Below, piece by piece: positions 52,139-64,000 of a stretch of 64,000 bases of DNA. Below the pieces are notes generated by a model. The model had not been told where the DNA came from. It saw only the letters and a list, made by a program, of their open reading frames with translations, and did not search any database. Each line of letters begins with the position of its first letter. Position 1 is the first letter of the stretch. The translations under genes and the position numbers were made by a program. This stretch comes from Octopus sinensis (taxonomy: Eukaryota): assembly GCF_006345805.1 (NCBI RefSeq), contig NC_042999.1, positions 131,626,001 to 131,690,000 of the forward strand, given 5' to 3'.

Positions 52139-53027
52139 TTATATATTTTTCAGAACTTCTACGAAGGCAATACTGGCGTCGTTGACATCAATAGTCTTTG
52201 ATTGTCTCCAGCAAATGCACCTTCTCGTAAAGTTACCCACCTCTGTCCCGACCCGTTTTTCATCTCATGGGTCAGAGTTTCCTGTTGGCCGATCAATTAT
52301 AACGTGTGCTGATATGATTCTCATCGATTTTAATATGCCCAAGACTCATAAAGTATCAGCAGGCATTGGACTGCGGCCATGCTGGAGCACCGCCTTGAAG
52401 GGAATTAGTTGACCAAATCAACCCAGTACATATTTTTTCTAAAGGCGGTGTTTTTTCTTTACGTCTGGTACTTATTCTATCGGTCTCATTTGCCGAACTG
52501 CTAGGTTACAGGGACATAAATAAACCAACACCAGTTTTCAAGTGGTGTTAGGGGACACAGATAAACACATAAACTCACATATTTATTATTCTTATACAAG
52601 AATAATAAATTTGTACTTTACAAAAGTATAGGGTAACTCAACAGATTAATGTAAAATGTTTTTATAACTGAACATAAACGCGCGCGCGCGCACACACACA
52701 CACACACGACGGCCTTCTTTTGGGTTTCCGTTATACAAATCCACTCACAAGCCTTTGATCGGCACGTAGCTATAGTACAAGACACCTACCCATGATGCTA
52801 CGCAGTGGGACTGAACCAGAAATCATGTGATTGGGAAGAAAACTTCTTGCCACGCAGGCACGAAAACTTTTCTGACTTTACTGGGTTTAGGAAACTCTCT
52901 ATCCAGCAGTATCAAAGGTAGTTATTTTTCAATTTCAATACCTTGCATTGTTAACATATCGCGAATATCAATTAATTCCGATTAAACTGAAATATCTGCG
53001 TCCCCTGCTTGTTACTATTACTAAACC

Positions 53028-53449
53028 TGGATCTTTTCGGTTTGAACGGCAGTTTTTAACATAATTTCTAGGTAACTAAAAAATTTTAAACTTCGTATAC
53101 TGGTAGAATGTGTTTATAAAACATCTTTTTCTCTTGGCTTTATTGAGAAAATTCTATAGTTTGTAAGATATTTGTTGTTTTTTTTCTTCAATTTCTGCAA
53201 TTTCAATCAATCACTGACGTCCATTGAGGTAAAAAAAAAACATTCTGTGCCGTATGAATATGTCCCTCGTTTAAGAAACAGATTGGGTTTATTTACATTT
53301 GTGAAGAAAAAAAGATACCCTTCCCCCACTCCTAACCCTAACCCTAAAATAGATTGAAATGCAATAGATCGATACTAGGGTCATAATTATGGGTTACAAT
53401 TTCATATGACACCGCTAGAGAAAACTGCCGTTCAAACCGAAAAGGTCCC
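53028..53449. mobile_element. 422-bp MITE (inverted sister of 20076-20500), 6-bp TSD
   Basis: Same TIRs; TSD taaacc at 53022-53027 and 53450-53455. Confidence 0.9.
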
Positions 53450-53935
53450 TAAACCTTAAGGTACTACACTAAGTTCTAATTACTTCAGTGAGTTTTAAAA
53501 AGTACGAGTCTTTGAATAATATTTAGAACTATACCAAAAATGTATGTAATCTCTCTATTTACGGTCTTCATATAATTGAGACAGTGCAGGAGTTAAAGCT
53601 TTACTGTTTTTTTTTAAATGACGGACAATTAGCAATGATGCAATACAATAAATTCAATACTAACGGCTACACTGTTACATCAAACTACGAATCCTATACG
53701 ATGTTGGACTGATTGCTGAAAGTAAACCGCCACTCTCTGTTTTATTTGCTGTTAATTTAATGTTGTTACACATATATTATTGTATTTAGAAGGAATTTTA
53801 GCGATTAACTTAAAAAACGTATTGTAAGTCAGAAAGTACAAGTGACTTCAAATACAAATTCTTAAAATTCTTTCCAGTTATGTAAACAACTATGTATGTT
53901 ATGTATGTATGTGTGTTGTGTGTGAGTTGTGTGTG

Positions 53936-53972
<37 letters not shown>

Positions 53973-54596
53973 AGAGCGTATATATATATATAAAACTATA
54001 TATCGAACACCGACTTTTTGTGTTCCGAACTATTACAGTATTAAAAAAATATAAATAGAAAGACCACAATATATATGTGTGTGTGCGCGTGTATGTGTAC
54101 GTGCGTGTGTGTGTGTGTGGTGTGTGTGTGTGTGTTGTTCGAATGTACAGAAAACAGAAGACAGGGACAGGCTGGTGTATCAATTTGACGCTCGGAGAAA
54201 AATGGAAAAGTCTCTGATATTTCAAGCCTACGCTCTTCGACAGAAAGGGAGGAGAGGGGTAAAAATGGAGGGAGGGAGGGAAAAAAACCCGAAAGAGACA
54301 AAAATGTGTTGAGATTAGTGATGGTAAAGGGAGGTATCAAAGGTCCGAGAAGGTAGGAGAAATGAGGGTCCAAGAGAGGAGGGAATTCAGTCAGGCAGGA
54401 TCAAACTATATTTACGCTATTTTGGTACTTCGATGCGGGAAAAACTCGCAACCTTCTGCGCCAATAAACCACTATTGTTCCTGAAAGTTGTGATTTTTTA
54501 CATCTTCAGATTGCTAGTAGCTCACTAACTTCCTATACCTTGATCCTTGGATCTTAACTTTACATATCAACACACACACACACACACACACATACA

Positions 54597-54636
<40 letters not shown>

Positions 54637-54699
54637 CACACACACATACATATAAATTTTTTTCTCTCAGTTTTTAGTCAAAGAACTGCGGCCATGTTG

Positions 54700-56072
54700 G
54701 GGCACCACCGTTTACACTAAACCTCTTTTGATATATGACAGTTGGCGGATGAAGGAGTTTGACGTCGCTGCCCTCATCTGTGTTTCTTGCCCAGAGTAGG
54801 TTCATCCGGAACTCTTGACAGAAGGAGATCTACTTTTGTTTTGAAAACGCCTACATCCACGCCATGCAGGTCTCTCAGGCTTTGTGGGAGGATATTGAAA
54901 ACCAAGCTGTTGCAGTAACTGGTCTTGTATCGTGATGGCAATGTTGGGACCTTTGGTACCATGCAGTAGCGCCCTATCTGGCAGATTGCCTGAGTGACAA
55001 TGCCATAGTTTGGAACAAGTTTTTGTAGGATTTTCCAGATGTATATTTCTGCATATCTTTCCCGCCTTCGCTCCAGGGAGTAAAGTTTTAACTCTTTTAG
55101 TCTCTCCCTGTAGCTGATATGTTGCATTGTATCGATCTTCCTTGTGTAGCTTCGCCTCGAGTTCCGTCGTTAATTTTACGTTGTTTGGTGACCACAGTTG
55201 GGAGCAGTAATCCAGAGGGCTAAGAACAAAAGTCCTCCAGAGGACCATCATGGTTTCCTTTTCTCTTTTTTAAAAGTTCGAAGGATCCACCCGGCCAAAC
55301 GTCTGCATTTTATTGCCAGCTTGGAAATGTGCACCTGTAAAGATGCACCATTATTCATGTCGATGCCCAGGTCACGCACTGATTTTGATTCGGGGATTGG
55401 AATCACTCCTGGGACAATGTATCCTATCTGCTTTTCATTGAGGTTACTGTGTTGGTTGCGCGGGGCTTGGAATTTGACAGCATTTAAACTGCATGTTAGT
55501 TTCTTTAGCCCACCTGTATACTGCGTCCCACTCACGTTGCAGATACACAATGTCTCCAGAGTTTCGATCCTTTGAGATACTTTTGTATTATCAGCATAGC
55601 TAGCAAGAGTAGCTACTTCAGCAGCTGAGGGTATGTCAGAGAGGGCCACTATGAATAGCAGTGGCCCAGGACAGTGCTCCGTGGAACACCACTCATTATT
55701 TGTTTCCTTGGAGGTGGCCAGGTGACTCCATTGACCACCACTACCTGACTTCTATCTTTTAGAAAGTCATGTAGCCATTCTCCAAGTTTTCCAAATATGC
55801 CAAGATTTGGGAGACTGACAAATCATACCATTTGTCAAAGGCTTCTGAAAAGTCGACGTATATCACATCCAAATTTGAGTTGTTGAGCAACTGCTTTAGC
55901 ACCAGTCGTAATGCTGTAAGAGTTGTGCCAGGCAGCTCCTAACTTGTCGAAAACCATGTTGGGTGTCAGTCAGCAAGTCGTTCTCTTCAAGGAATACAAT
56001 TAATTTCCTTCGGACTATTCGTTCCATGACTTTGCTGGTGCGTGAGGGCAGAGAGATAGGCCTATATTTTTT
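54700..56072 (-). pseudogene. 5'-truncated CR1-like LINE, reverse transcriptase remnant
   Basis: YRPISL, QHGFR, YADNTK, VRDLGI, LDYCSQLWSP and YRERLKELKLYSLERRRERY; frameshifted. Confidence 0.9.
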
Positions 56073-56254
56073 AGCACGCATGTATAATACATAACTTAGA
56101 AGCAGCGCTAGGGATTTACCAGCACACACGAGATTGAGACATGGCCGACCTCACGCACTTCCGAAAACGAAAAAATAAAAGCCGTTGGAAAACCGATTAT
56201 AGCAGTGACTCCATTTAAGAATAACTGAAGAAGGAATTTTATTCCGAAATATTA

Positions 56255-57521
56255 TCAGACTATGGATGACTAAATTACAACAGGTATATAGCCCATTGTT
56301 TGTATTATAGTGCATTGTTGTATCATTCAAAAACTTTTTATTCTTTATTTATTAATTGTTATAATGTGAATATTTAATATTTAGTAGACATGCCCTTTGC
56401 ATTTTTCAATGCAAAGACCCTATTAAACATGTTACTGATCAGATGAATATTCTCTTCCGGAATTTCTTGCCAAGTTTCATACAGTAATCTCAAAAGATCT
56501 GGCTTTGAAGATGCTTTCTTGTTCTTTTTATGAAGTGTCCTGTCCATTATGCCCCAGAGGTGATCAATAGGGTTCATATCTGGTGATTGGCTTGCCTATG
56601 GAAGCTTTTTAACGTCATTCTCATCCAACAAATCTTGGGTCATTTTAGCCGTGTGACAAAGAACCCCATCTTCCACAAATAAATAGTCTTCTTTAATCAT
56701 TTCACTACTGGAAAATATTGGAAGGAATCCTTTCTGCAACATGGACATATATTTATCTGAATTTATGTTTCCCTCACACTCTACCAGCTCTGATTGACCA
56801 TTGCTCCAAATTTCTCCCCAGACCGTCACAGAAAAGCTGCCATGTTTCATTGTTGGCTGCAATCTTTTCACGTCAAATTCTTGATCACAGAGTTTCCAAG
56901 CCCACACTCGACCACTGTCAGAAAATACAGCAAATCTGGACTCACTGGAGAATATGACAGTGTTCCAAAATATTAGTGGCCTCTCCACCATCTCACTGGC
57001 CCAATCTTTTCTCCGCTTGATAATGGCTGGTCAAAGAAGTGGTTTCCTTCTTGCTGTCCTGCCATAGTAACCAAGTTTGTGGAGATACCTGACAGCTGTT
57101 CTGGGACTGACATCAACGTGTTCTGCTATGTCAGATGCCTTGCAACGAGAATTATCCTTCACTATTCTCTTAACAAAGAGAAAGGTCATGTCAGAGGGCC
57201 CTGGTTGATCTGGGAAAGGTAATGTGGACTCCTTCCCCTCTCTAGTGAATTGCACAATCACTCTGCTAACTGTAGAAAGTGGGATCCCAAGGTTTTCTGC
57301 GATTTTACGCTGACTGTGTCTACCTTCAGTTTGATACAATATGGCCTCTTTGAAATTCAGACAATTCCAAGGCTTCTATTGTACATGGCATGATTAAACA
57401 GTCACATATAGAACCTGAAACATAAAAATGTCAATTAATACAAAAAATATAAACCTTTACACGTTAGAATAAACATAAAATGATGTTTTATGGGGTATCT
57501 ATTAATTTCTGTCATGTCTGT
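56255..57521 (-). mobile_element. Degenerate Tc1 transposon
   Basis: HTH SQRKIAENLGIPLSTVSR, ARRKPLL, FSSESRF, HGSFSVTVWG and SPDMNPIDHLW; terminus ...gtcatgtctgta. Confidence 0.87.
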
Positions 57522-57999
57522 ATAACACCCCCCCACACACACACCGTATATACTCGTGTAAAAGTCGAATTTTTTATACCATTTTTTAAGGTCAAATTTA
57601 TGGGGTCGACTATTACACGGATACCACTTTTGAGGAGCTGAAATTCAAGCTAGAATCCGAAGTGCCGTATCGACAGCAGGAGCCCAACTGGTCTCTAAGG
57701 GAATAAAAACATAAACACAATTAATTACAGTAATATTGCCAATTCTATGCATCAAAACACACGTACTAGTAAATAACAAAACCCGTAAACAAGAACGCAT
57801 GACTCTTATAAATATTTACACATTCTCTTTTATTTGTCTCCATCAAACATAACAGACTAGCTGAGTGAAATCAGTTTATATCTCATAATTATATCTCCCT
57901 AATATCTTGTCCCCAACAAAATTGAAAGAAAAAAGTTACAGGATGTCTTGTGCAGTTACCAATAAATGTCCACAATATGGTGTAGAGTTGTTAATCTGG

Positions 58000-58120
58000 A
58001 GCAAGGATTTCCAAAGTGTGTTCTGCAAACCCCAGGGTTCCCTGAAAGTTGTCAGGGGTTCCACGTTTTTAAAAATAATGTCGAAGGATTCCGCAGCAAA
58101 AAAAGTTTGGGAACAACTGA
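58000..58120. mobile_element. Short hAT-type MITE
   Basis: caaggatttccaaagtg...gggttcc...aagtttgggaacaactg. Confidence 0.45.
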
Positions 58121-58121
58121 T

Positions 58122-58445
58122 CTAGCGATTAACTAAATGTTTTTTAGGCCTACCGAATTTACGCCTATTTACGAATTCATACAGTGATATTTGCTGTTGT
58201 TCGCCGATAGTGCTGTCTGTGAAACGCGTTTCTCATCATGTAAACTGACGAGCATATGACGCATGTATTTATTGTATTTGGAAATGAAGAAAATACGAAG
58301 GTCGCATTGATCTAGCATTTGAATGTTTTTAGGCCTACCAAAGTCATGCCTTTATACGAATTCAGACAGTGGCCTTTGCCAGTGTTCGCCAAATAAAGCT
58401 GTCCGTTAAGCACGTTTCTCACCATGTAAACGACGAGTGTATGAT
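58122..58445. repeat. Diverged tandem duplication (~190-bp period)
   Basis: aatgtttttaggcctacc...acgaattca.acagtg...cgtttctca.catgtaaac occurs twice. Confidence 0.75.
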
Positions 58446-58479
58446 TCACCGCCTTCGGATAAGATGCTTCACTTGAGCC

Positions 58480-59225
58480 TACTTCAGGCTTTAAAAAATC
58501 CAACATTCACTATTCCAGGTCTTTGGCTCTAGACCTTCTAAGGTCTAGTTACTGACCACCGAACTGCTCAGCCGTGTTCCAGTACCAGCGACAGACGGCC
58601 AGCCAGCCAGCCAGCCAGCCATGCTCCTGCTTCAGCCATGACGACGCTAATGTACACCAGCAACATAGGACGTTCTCCATCTCCGTCGACTTCAGCAATA
58701 CGTACACATCAATATCGACCAGGTTTAACTCCACGCTGTTTGTGAATATTTCACCGAGGTAAAATAGTTGCAGTCTACCTGAAAGAACTTTCTGTATCAC
58801 GACATGTGCCCAACCGGCCTTTGCCTGTGTCCACAACATCTTGTTATAGAATTTGCTTTCGTGTACCTCACTTACGAACCGGTAAACAAATTCCATCTTA
58901 ACTCAATATGCTGAGAGACTTATCTTATGCTCTGTATTTCTGTTTTATATGCAGACACCTTTATGTGTACCTTCTGTCGTACATACGAACACACAGACAC
59001 CAACACTTGCCGCACGCATCCAGACATTACACTTTGCTAGCACCCATACTTTATCGTCGTACACTTTGTAAATAAAGTCTTCTCCTCTCTCAAACAGTAG
59101 AACGGTTGTCGTCCTTCATTCATTCCTTTTGGCACTGTATTTTATATCATGTATTTGGCTTCTTATTTTGTTAGGGGCAACCATGCGGTGTTCAAAAGGA
59201 GACCTTTGTCACCAACTCCTTACGT
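58480..59225 (+). mobile_element. LTR-like repeat related to 1-792
   Basis: agacc..taaggtctag..actgaccac shared with 138-168; AATAAA near 59071. Confidence 0.4.
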
Positions 59226-59239
59226 ATTCCCTACACCTC

Positions 59240-60150
59240 TATTTCCAACCCCTCCTCTTCAGCAGGCTGTTCTTGTTGTTCCTCTACTTCACTTTCCTGC
59301 TGAGGCACACTGCTTTCATGTGTCCCTCTTATTCGCATAGAAAACATGTTGGAGGTCTTCCCTCCACCACCACTCTCAACGTAATGTCCTCCACTAAAAG
59401 GATCTCTTCCACAATTCCATATAGGTCTTTTAGCCCAAGTTGAATTGTGATTTCTAGGTCGTAGCCCCACCAATTGACTTCCCTCGTTCTGGTTATCGTC
59501 AGAATCTTTGCATCCTCCTCTATTCCGTGCATGACTGCTGCCATCAGCCATGCCTCTTCGATCTCGGGTGTGGGGGTCACTCTGCCTACTCTCACTCTAG
59601 CAACATGTTTGCCACAGTACATCGGTAGCAGCGCCCACTCCTGTGTTCCCATTGGCTCAGTGGAGTGGTTAATAACGTCCTCCTCGCTGGAGAACCCAAC
59701 CTCCACTGTGCCGTACTTCCTCCCACGTATATAAAAAGTGGTTAGTCCTTTCACGTCACCTAGACATTCCTCAGTTGCCCCTATTGGAGCAATCACTATT
59801 TTTGGGGTAGAAGTTGATAGTGTCCTGTACATTACCGTCCTCCTTGCTACACTCTTCGTCACTTCTTCTGGTGGGGTCAGCTTTAAGCCGGCCCCTTTCC
59901 TTTGTAACAATTTGTACCCCTTTCTCCAGTCCTCTGTGTCCATTTCCATCTCGCGAACTTCAAGGGTGCTGGTCGCAATACCTTTTGTAGTTGCGGATGC
60001 ACAACTTGCGACACGTTCCATTTCTCCTCCTTTCCCACAACTTGCGACACGTTCCATTTCTCCTCCTTTCCCACAACTTGCAACACGTTCCATTTCTCCT
60101 CCTTTCCACATAATAGGGAAGAAACAATTTTCAAAAACAAGCACACACAA
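59240..60150 (-). pseudogene. Non-LTR retrotransposon ORF1/gag-like protein with a CCHC zinc knuckle (premature stop)
   Basis: EGRPPTC-FL-C-E*EG-H-MKAV-C fits C-x2-C-x4-H-x4-C; three 36-bp tandem repeats at 60001-60108. Confidence 0.75.
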
Positions 60151-60207
60151 CGAAAGAAATTCAATAATTTAAAATTCTAACTGATCCTGGTTCACCCGCG
60201 CCGGGAA

Positions 60208-60400
60208 ACTTACAACAATATATAAAAACAGTGTGTAACAATTTAACTCACGTTCTAAAGAAATCAACACCAACACGCAAAAATTGCAGGGCGACTTTCT
60301 CTCAAGATGTGTTGCTTCTGAATAGTGTTTGAAGCTTGCCCTATATTTATAGAGAGTTCATGGGTCAAATTAGTATATGTTTTGAATAGGATTTGATTGG
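60208..60400 (-). promoter_or_regulatory. Candidate Pol II promoter and short first exon
   Basis: Minus strand: CCAAT 60400-60396, TATAAATA 60351-60344, then GTGAGT (60252) and GTAAGT (60213) donors. Confidence 0.35.
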
Positions 60401-60566
60401 TAGAAGATAGTCATATGACTGGACTTAGAATTTTTTGTAGGTTCCCCGCTGCATCCGTGTGTTAGTATCAAGTGACAATGTTTTGCGTCGTAAGCTAAGG
60501 CTGACACGGTTGACTGAACATGTACAAACAATCAATGCTCTGAATGTTATCTATATATATATGGAT

Positions 60567-60599
<33 letters not shown>

Positions 60600-61256
60600 G
60601 CTGTTAAATATTGCTTTCGAATTTTTGCACAAGGCCAACAATTTCGGGGGAGTAGGCAAGACGATTACATCGACCCAAGCGCTCAACAGGTACTTATTTT
60701 ATCGACTCCGAAAGGGATGAAAGGCAAAGTCCACCTCGGCAAAATTTGAACTCAGAGAGTGCAGACAGACGAAACTCTAGCTGTTAAATATAACAAAGAA
60801 AATGTTTTCAACCATTACCAAACAAATAAATATTAGAAAGCCTCCATATCAGGAACGGGCAATCTTCTTCGAGAAGCGGACATGACTCTGCATCAGGCGG
60901 CTGCACTACTTAGAAAGAAAAAAATCCAAGGTAAATTTTCGTTAAGGGTACCATTCAGAAAGTTTTGCGGGCTGCAGTTTGCCTTTGACTTCTCTATATG
61001 CTCGACCACTCTGCCTGAAATAGCAACTAAATATCCTCCAGCTCCACACTGTTGTCTAAAATAGACAATGTAAGATAATGTAGTCGTAGATTCATTATAC
61101 TTGATCAAATGATAGGATTGTCACGACTGTAACATCTTTGATCATAGATATGTTGTATCAAGGGTGACCTGGGGTTAAACAACAATAGCATATTAACATA
61201 ACGGAAGCAGGTATTAAATCAGAATGCACATATGTCTATATATATATATATTATAT

Positions 61257-61350
<94 letters not shown>

Positions 61351-61352
<2 letters not shown>

Positions 61353-61728
61353 CGCAGGAGTGGCTGTGTGGTAAGTAGCTTGCTAACCAACCACATGGTT
61401 CCGGGTTCAGTCCCACTGCGTGGCATCTTGGGCAAGTGTCTTCTGCTATAGCCCCGGGCCGACCAATGCCTTGTGAGTGGATTTGGTAGACGGAAACTGA
61501 AAGACGCCTGTCGTATATATGTATATATATATGTGTGTGTGTTTGCCCCCCTAGCTGGTGTGTTTACGTCCCCGTCACTTAGCGGTTCGGCAAAAAGAGA
61601 CCGATAGAATAAGTACTGCGCTTACAAAGAATAAGTCCCGGGGGTCGAGTTGCTCGACTAAAGGCGGTGCTCCAGCATGGCCGCAGTCAACTGACTGAAA
61701 CAAGTAAAAGAGTAAAAGAGTAAAGAGT
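61351..61728 (+). mobile_element. SINE family A, full length, next to a (TA)n tract
   Basis: tRNA-like head ggcgcaggagtggctgtgtggtaag...gggttcagtccc; (gagtaaaa)n tail. Confidence 0.92.
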
Positions 61729-62244
61729 ATATAAATTTCAGAAGAATGTTTGATAAATCAGATATTTGATATGATGACAGGATATCACAGAAGCTTAAGA
61801 TATCTTGTCATTGCCATAACACTTTGTCAATGGGAATAGGTTTATTATGGAGATGTGTGATATCATTTTCCATCAATGACAACATAGGTATTTAAGTTAT
61901 TTTACAGCAAATGTTACCGCCTTTATTTGTCTGCACGTCCGAATGTGAATGACTATAACATTTTAATTTATTACTTTGAAAGATAAGTAAAAATAAAAAC
62001 AAAAAGTTTACATAAGACAGGCGTACAAACCATTACAAACATACTGATTTATTTAGATATGCTTCAGGTCACACCCCGTAAATTATAACTCTGAACTACC
62101 TATTGTTTGTCAGCATAAAATTAATATTAACCGGAAAATAATATACAACCATATACACATGAACTGGCATTAAATTATTATTTTTTTTATCTCCCTCCCG
62201 CATTCCTTTTTAACCTTCTTACAGAAAATTTATATTCCTTTCTT

Positions 62245-62455
62245 CTAAAGGCACAAAGCCTGAAATTTTGAGGAAGTGGGTAGGTCGATTACATCGCCTC
62301 CAGTATAGAACTGGTACTTACTTTATCGACCCCCAAATGGAAGAAAGGCAAAGTCGATCTCGGCGGAATTTAAACACAAAAAAAAAAAATAAAGACGGAT
62401 GAAATGCCGCTAAGCAATTTGTCCGGCGCGCTAACGATTCTACCAGTTCGCCGCC
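62245..62455 (-). mobile_element. SINE family B
   Basis: Matches the family B sequence. Confidence 0.8.
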
Positions 62456-63009
62456 TAACTTTTAGATTGAAAAAGATAGAGAAAAATATTAACAGTGTAC
62501 AGCCGAACTTTTCTTTATTTTACGTCCCTCTTAATGACGTCCGTTTTTAGAGGGAGTGTGTGACTGTATTCGTGAGTAACCGAGACGGTTTGTGCATACG
62601 TCTGTGTGTTGCGTTGGTAATATTACTGGGTATTAGAGGTATATAATATTGTTATGAGAGAAGTATAATCTCATTCCTGCGTGTCATTTCAACTGTTGAC
62701 AAGCGTCACGGTTGGTTGGCGATTTTGCTCTCTACTGTATCATGTCAACTCACTCACTGCATGTTGGCACAGATCGTCGACAGTCGATTACAATTGACGT
62801 CAGTTACTGGGCTGGTACTAAATTTTTAATCATCCTCAGAAAGATGAATGCCAAAATAATAATAATAATTCTACGGGATTTGAACTCACCAGAACAAATG
62901 CAGTAAAGCAGTAAATTTTTGTACGAAACCTAATTTTGTAAATCTGTCACCATTGTATTATTCCTAAGCTAGTCACAAGTTATTGTCTGTCTGTCTTTCT
63001 CTCTCTCCC

Positions 63010-63058
<49 letters not shown>

Positions 63059-63077
63059 GCACACACACACACACACA

Positions 63078-63118
<41 letters not shown>

Positions 63119-63389
63119 TAAATATAGGTAATCAATAAAAAGGAGGAAAGATGACCTATGAATGATGCTGCATTGAGAGGACTGATGACTGAAGTGAGTA
63201 ACAACGGTCGGCGGTGTAGGTGAGCTGTCCAGAGATGACTAATAATGGTGCGGCAAGGGTGACTCATGACAATAATCTCGACTGTCGACATTTGTGACAA
63301 ACCTAGTTTTCCGTATGAAACTTTTCCAAAGAGACGCATCTAACATTTTTAAAACTACAGTTGATTATTTAGCATGCTAGAAGGAAGTC

Positions 63390-63410
63390 ATATATATGTA
63401 TGTGTGCGTG

Positions 63411-63441
<31 letters not shown>

Positions 63442-63500
63442 ATATATGTATATATATATATATATATATGTATGTATATATATATATATATATACATACA

Positions 63501-63533
<33 letters not shown>

Positions 63534-63598
63534 GTGTCTGCGTTTATTTTGTTGCCACGTGGTGTATACTGATATTACAGCATTTTTGCTCCTTTTTA

Positions 63599-63654
<56 letters not shown>

Positions 63655-63745
63655 CACACACACACGCACAAACAAACATGCATTATACACACACACACTT
63701 ATACATACATACAAATACACACGTTTGTGTATGATTACATATATA
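63390..63745. repeat. Compound (TA)n/(TACA)n/(TC)n/(CA)n microsatellite, representative of dozens in the window
   Basis: Direct inspection; similar tracts at 8860-9115, 11075-11270, 17740-17842, 28045-28200, 35440-36135, 36910-37410 and 61235-61350. Confidence 0.95.
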
Positions 63746-64000
63746 TTCAATGATATTTATTAGACGTGTGTTAAAAATTCGTCTCTGTTGGTGTTGCTAG
63801 TAACACTTTCGAATAAGGAGAAATAATCTCGAATCGTGTCTTTTTCATTCGCAAAATGAGCCCCCTTTAATTTTGCTCAGATTGCTTTCAATTTTGGTGT
63901 ATCGAATCAACTCTGAATTTTGATTACGATCAACCAATCACTTTATCTCGTAAATTAAAGAATCTGATGTTCTTTGGAATTAAAGTTGGGAAATTTGGGT

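Noticed and set aside
60001-60108. 3 x 36-bp repeats as a CRISPR-like array
   Set aside because: Head-to-tail with no spacers; in-frame tandem repeat in eukaryotic DNA

Overview
Repeat-dense, AT-rich metazoan DNA. The tRNA-derived SINE families and the (TA)n/(CA)n/(TATG)n load point to an octopus/coleoid cephalopod genome (inference). No intact host protein-coding exon could be identified. The window holds an interstitial TTAGGG array spanning a 100-N gap and at least seven Tc1/mariner relics (DD34D, DD37D, DD41D-like, Tc1), one of them a nearly intact mariner with a single frameshift. It also holds an internally deleted Helitron, a CR1-type LINE RT fragment, a LINE ORF1 with a CCHC knuckle, nested MITEs, three SINE families and a 48-nt 28S rRNA fragment. 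Three things stand out. (1) A near-perfect ~980-bp palindrome (33523-34504) is inserted in the (TA)n tract of a SINE; each arm carries a complete minimal type I hammerhead ribozyme with an unusually long stem II. (2) Several other microsatellite-associated elements carry complete or decayed hammerhead cores, and one related element is circularly permuted, suggesting a Penelope/retrozyme-like system. (3) A ~4-kb decayed, rearranged coding-like tract (26350-30340) has motifs reminiscent of a bunyavirus-like L polymerase; this is an unverified endogenous-virus hypothesis.
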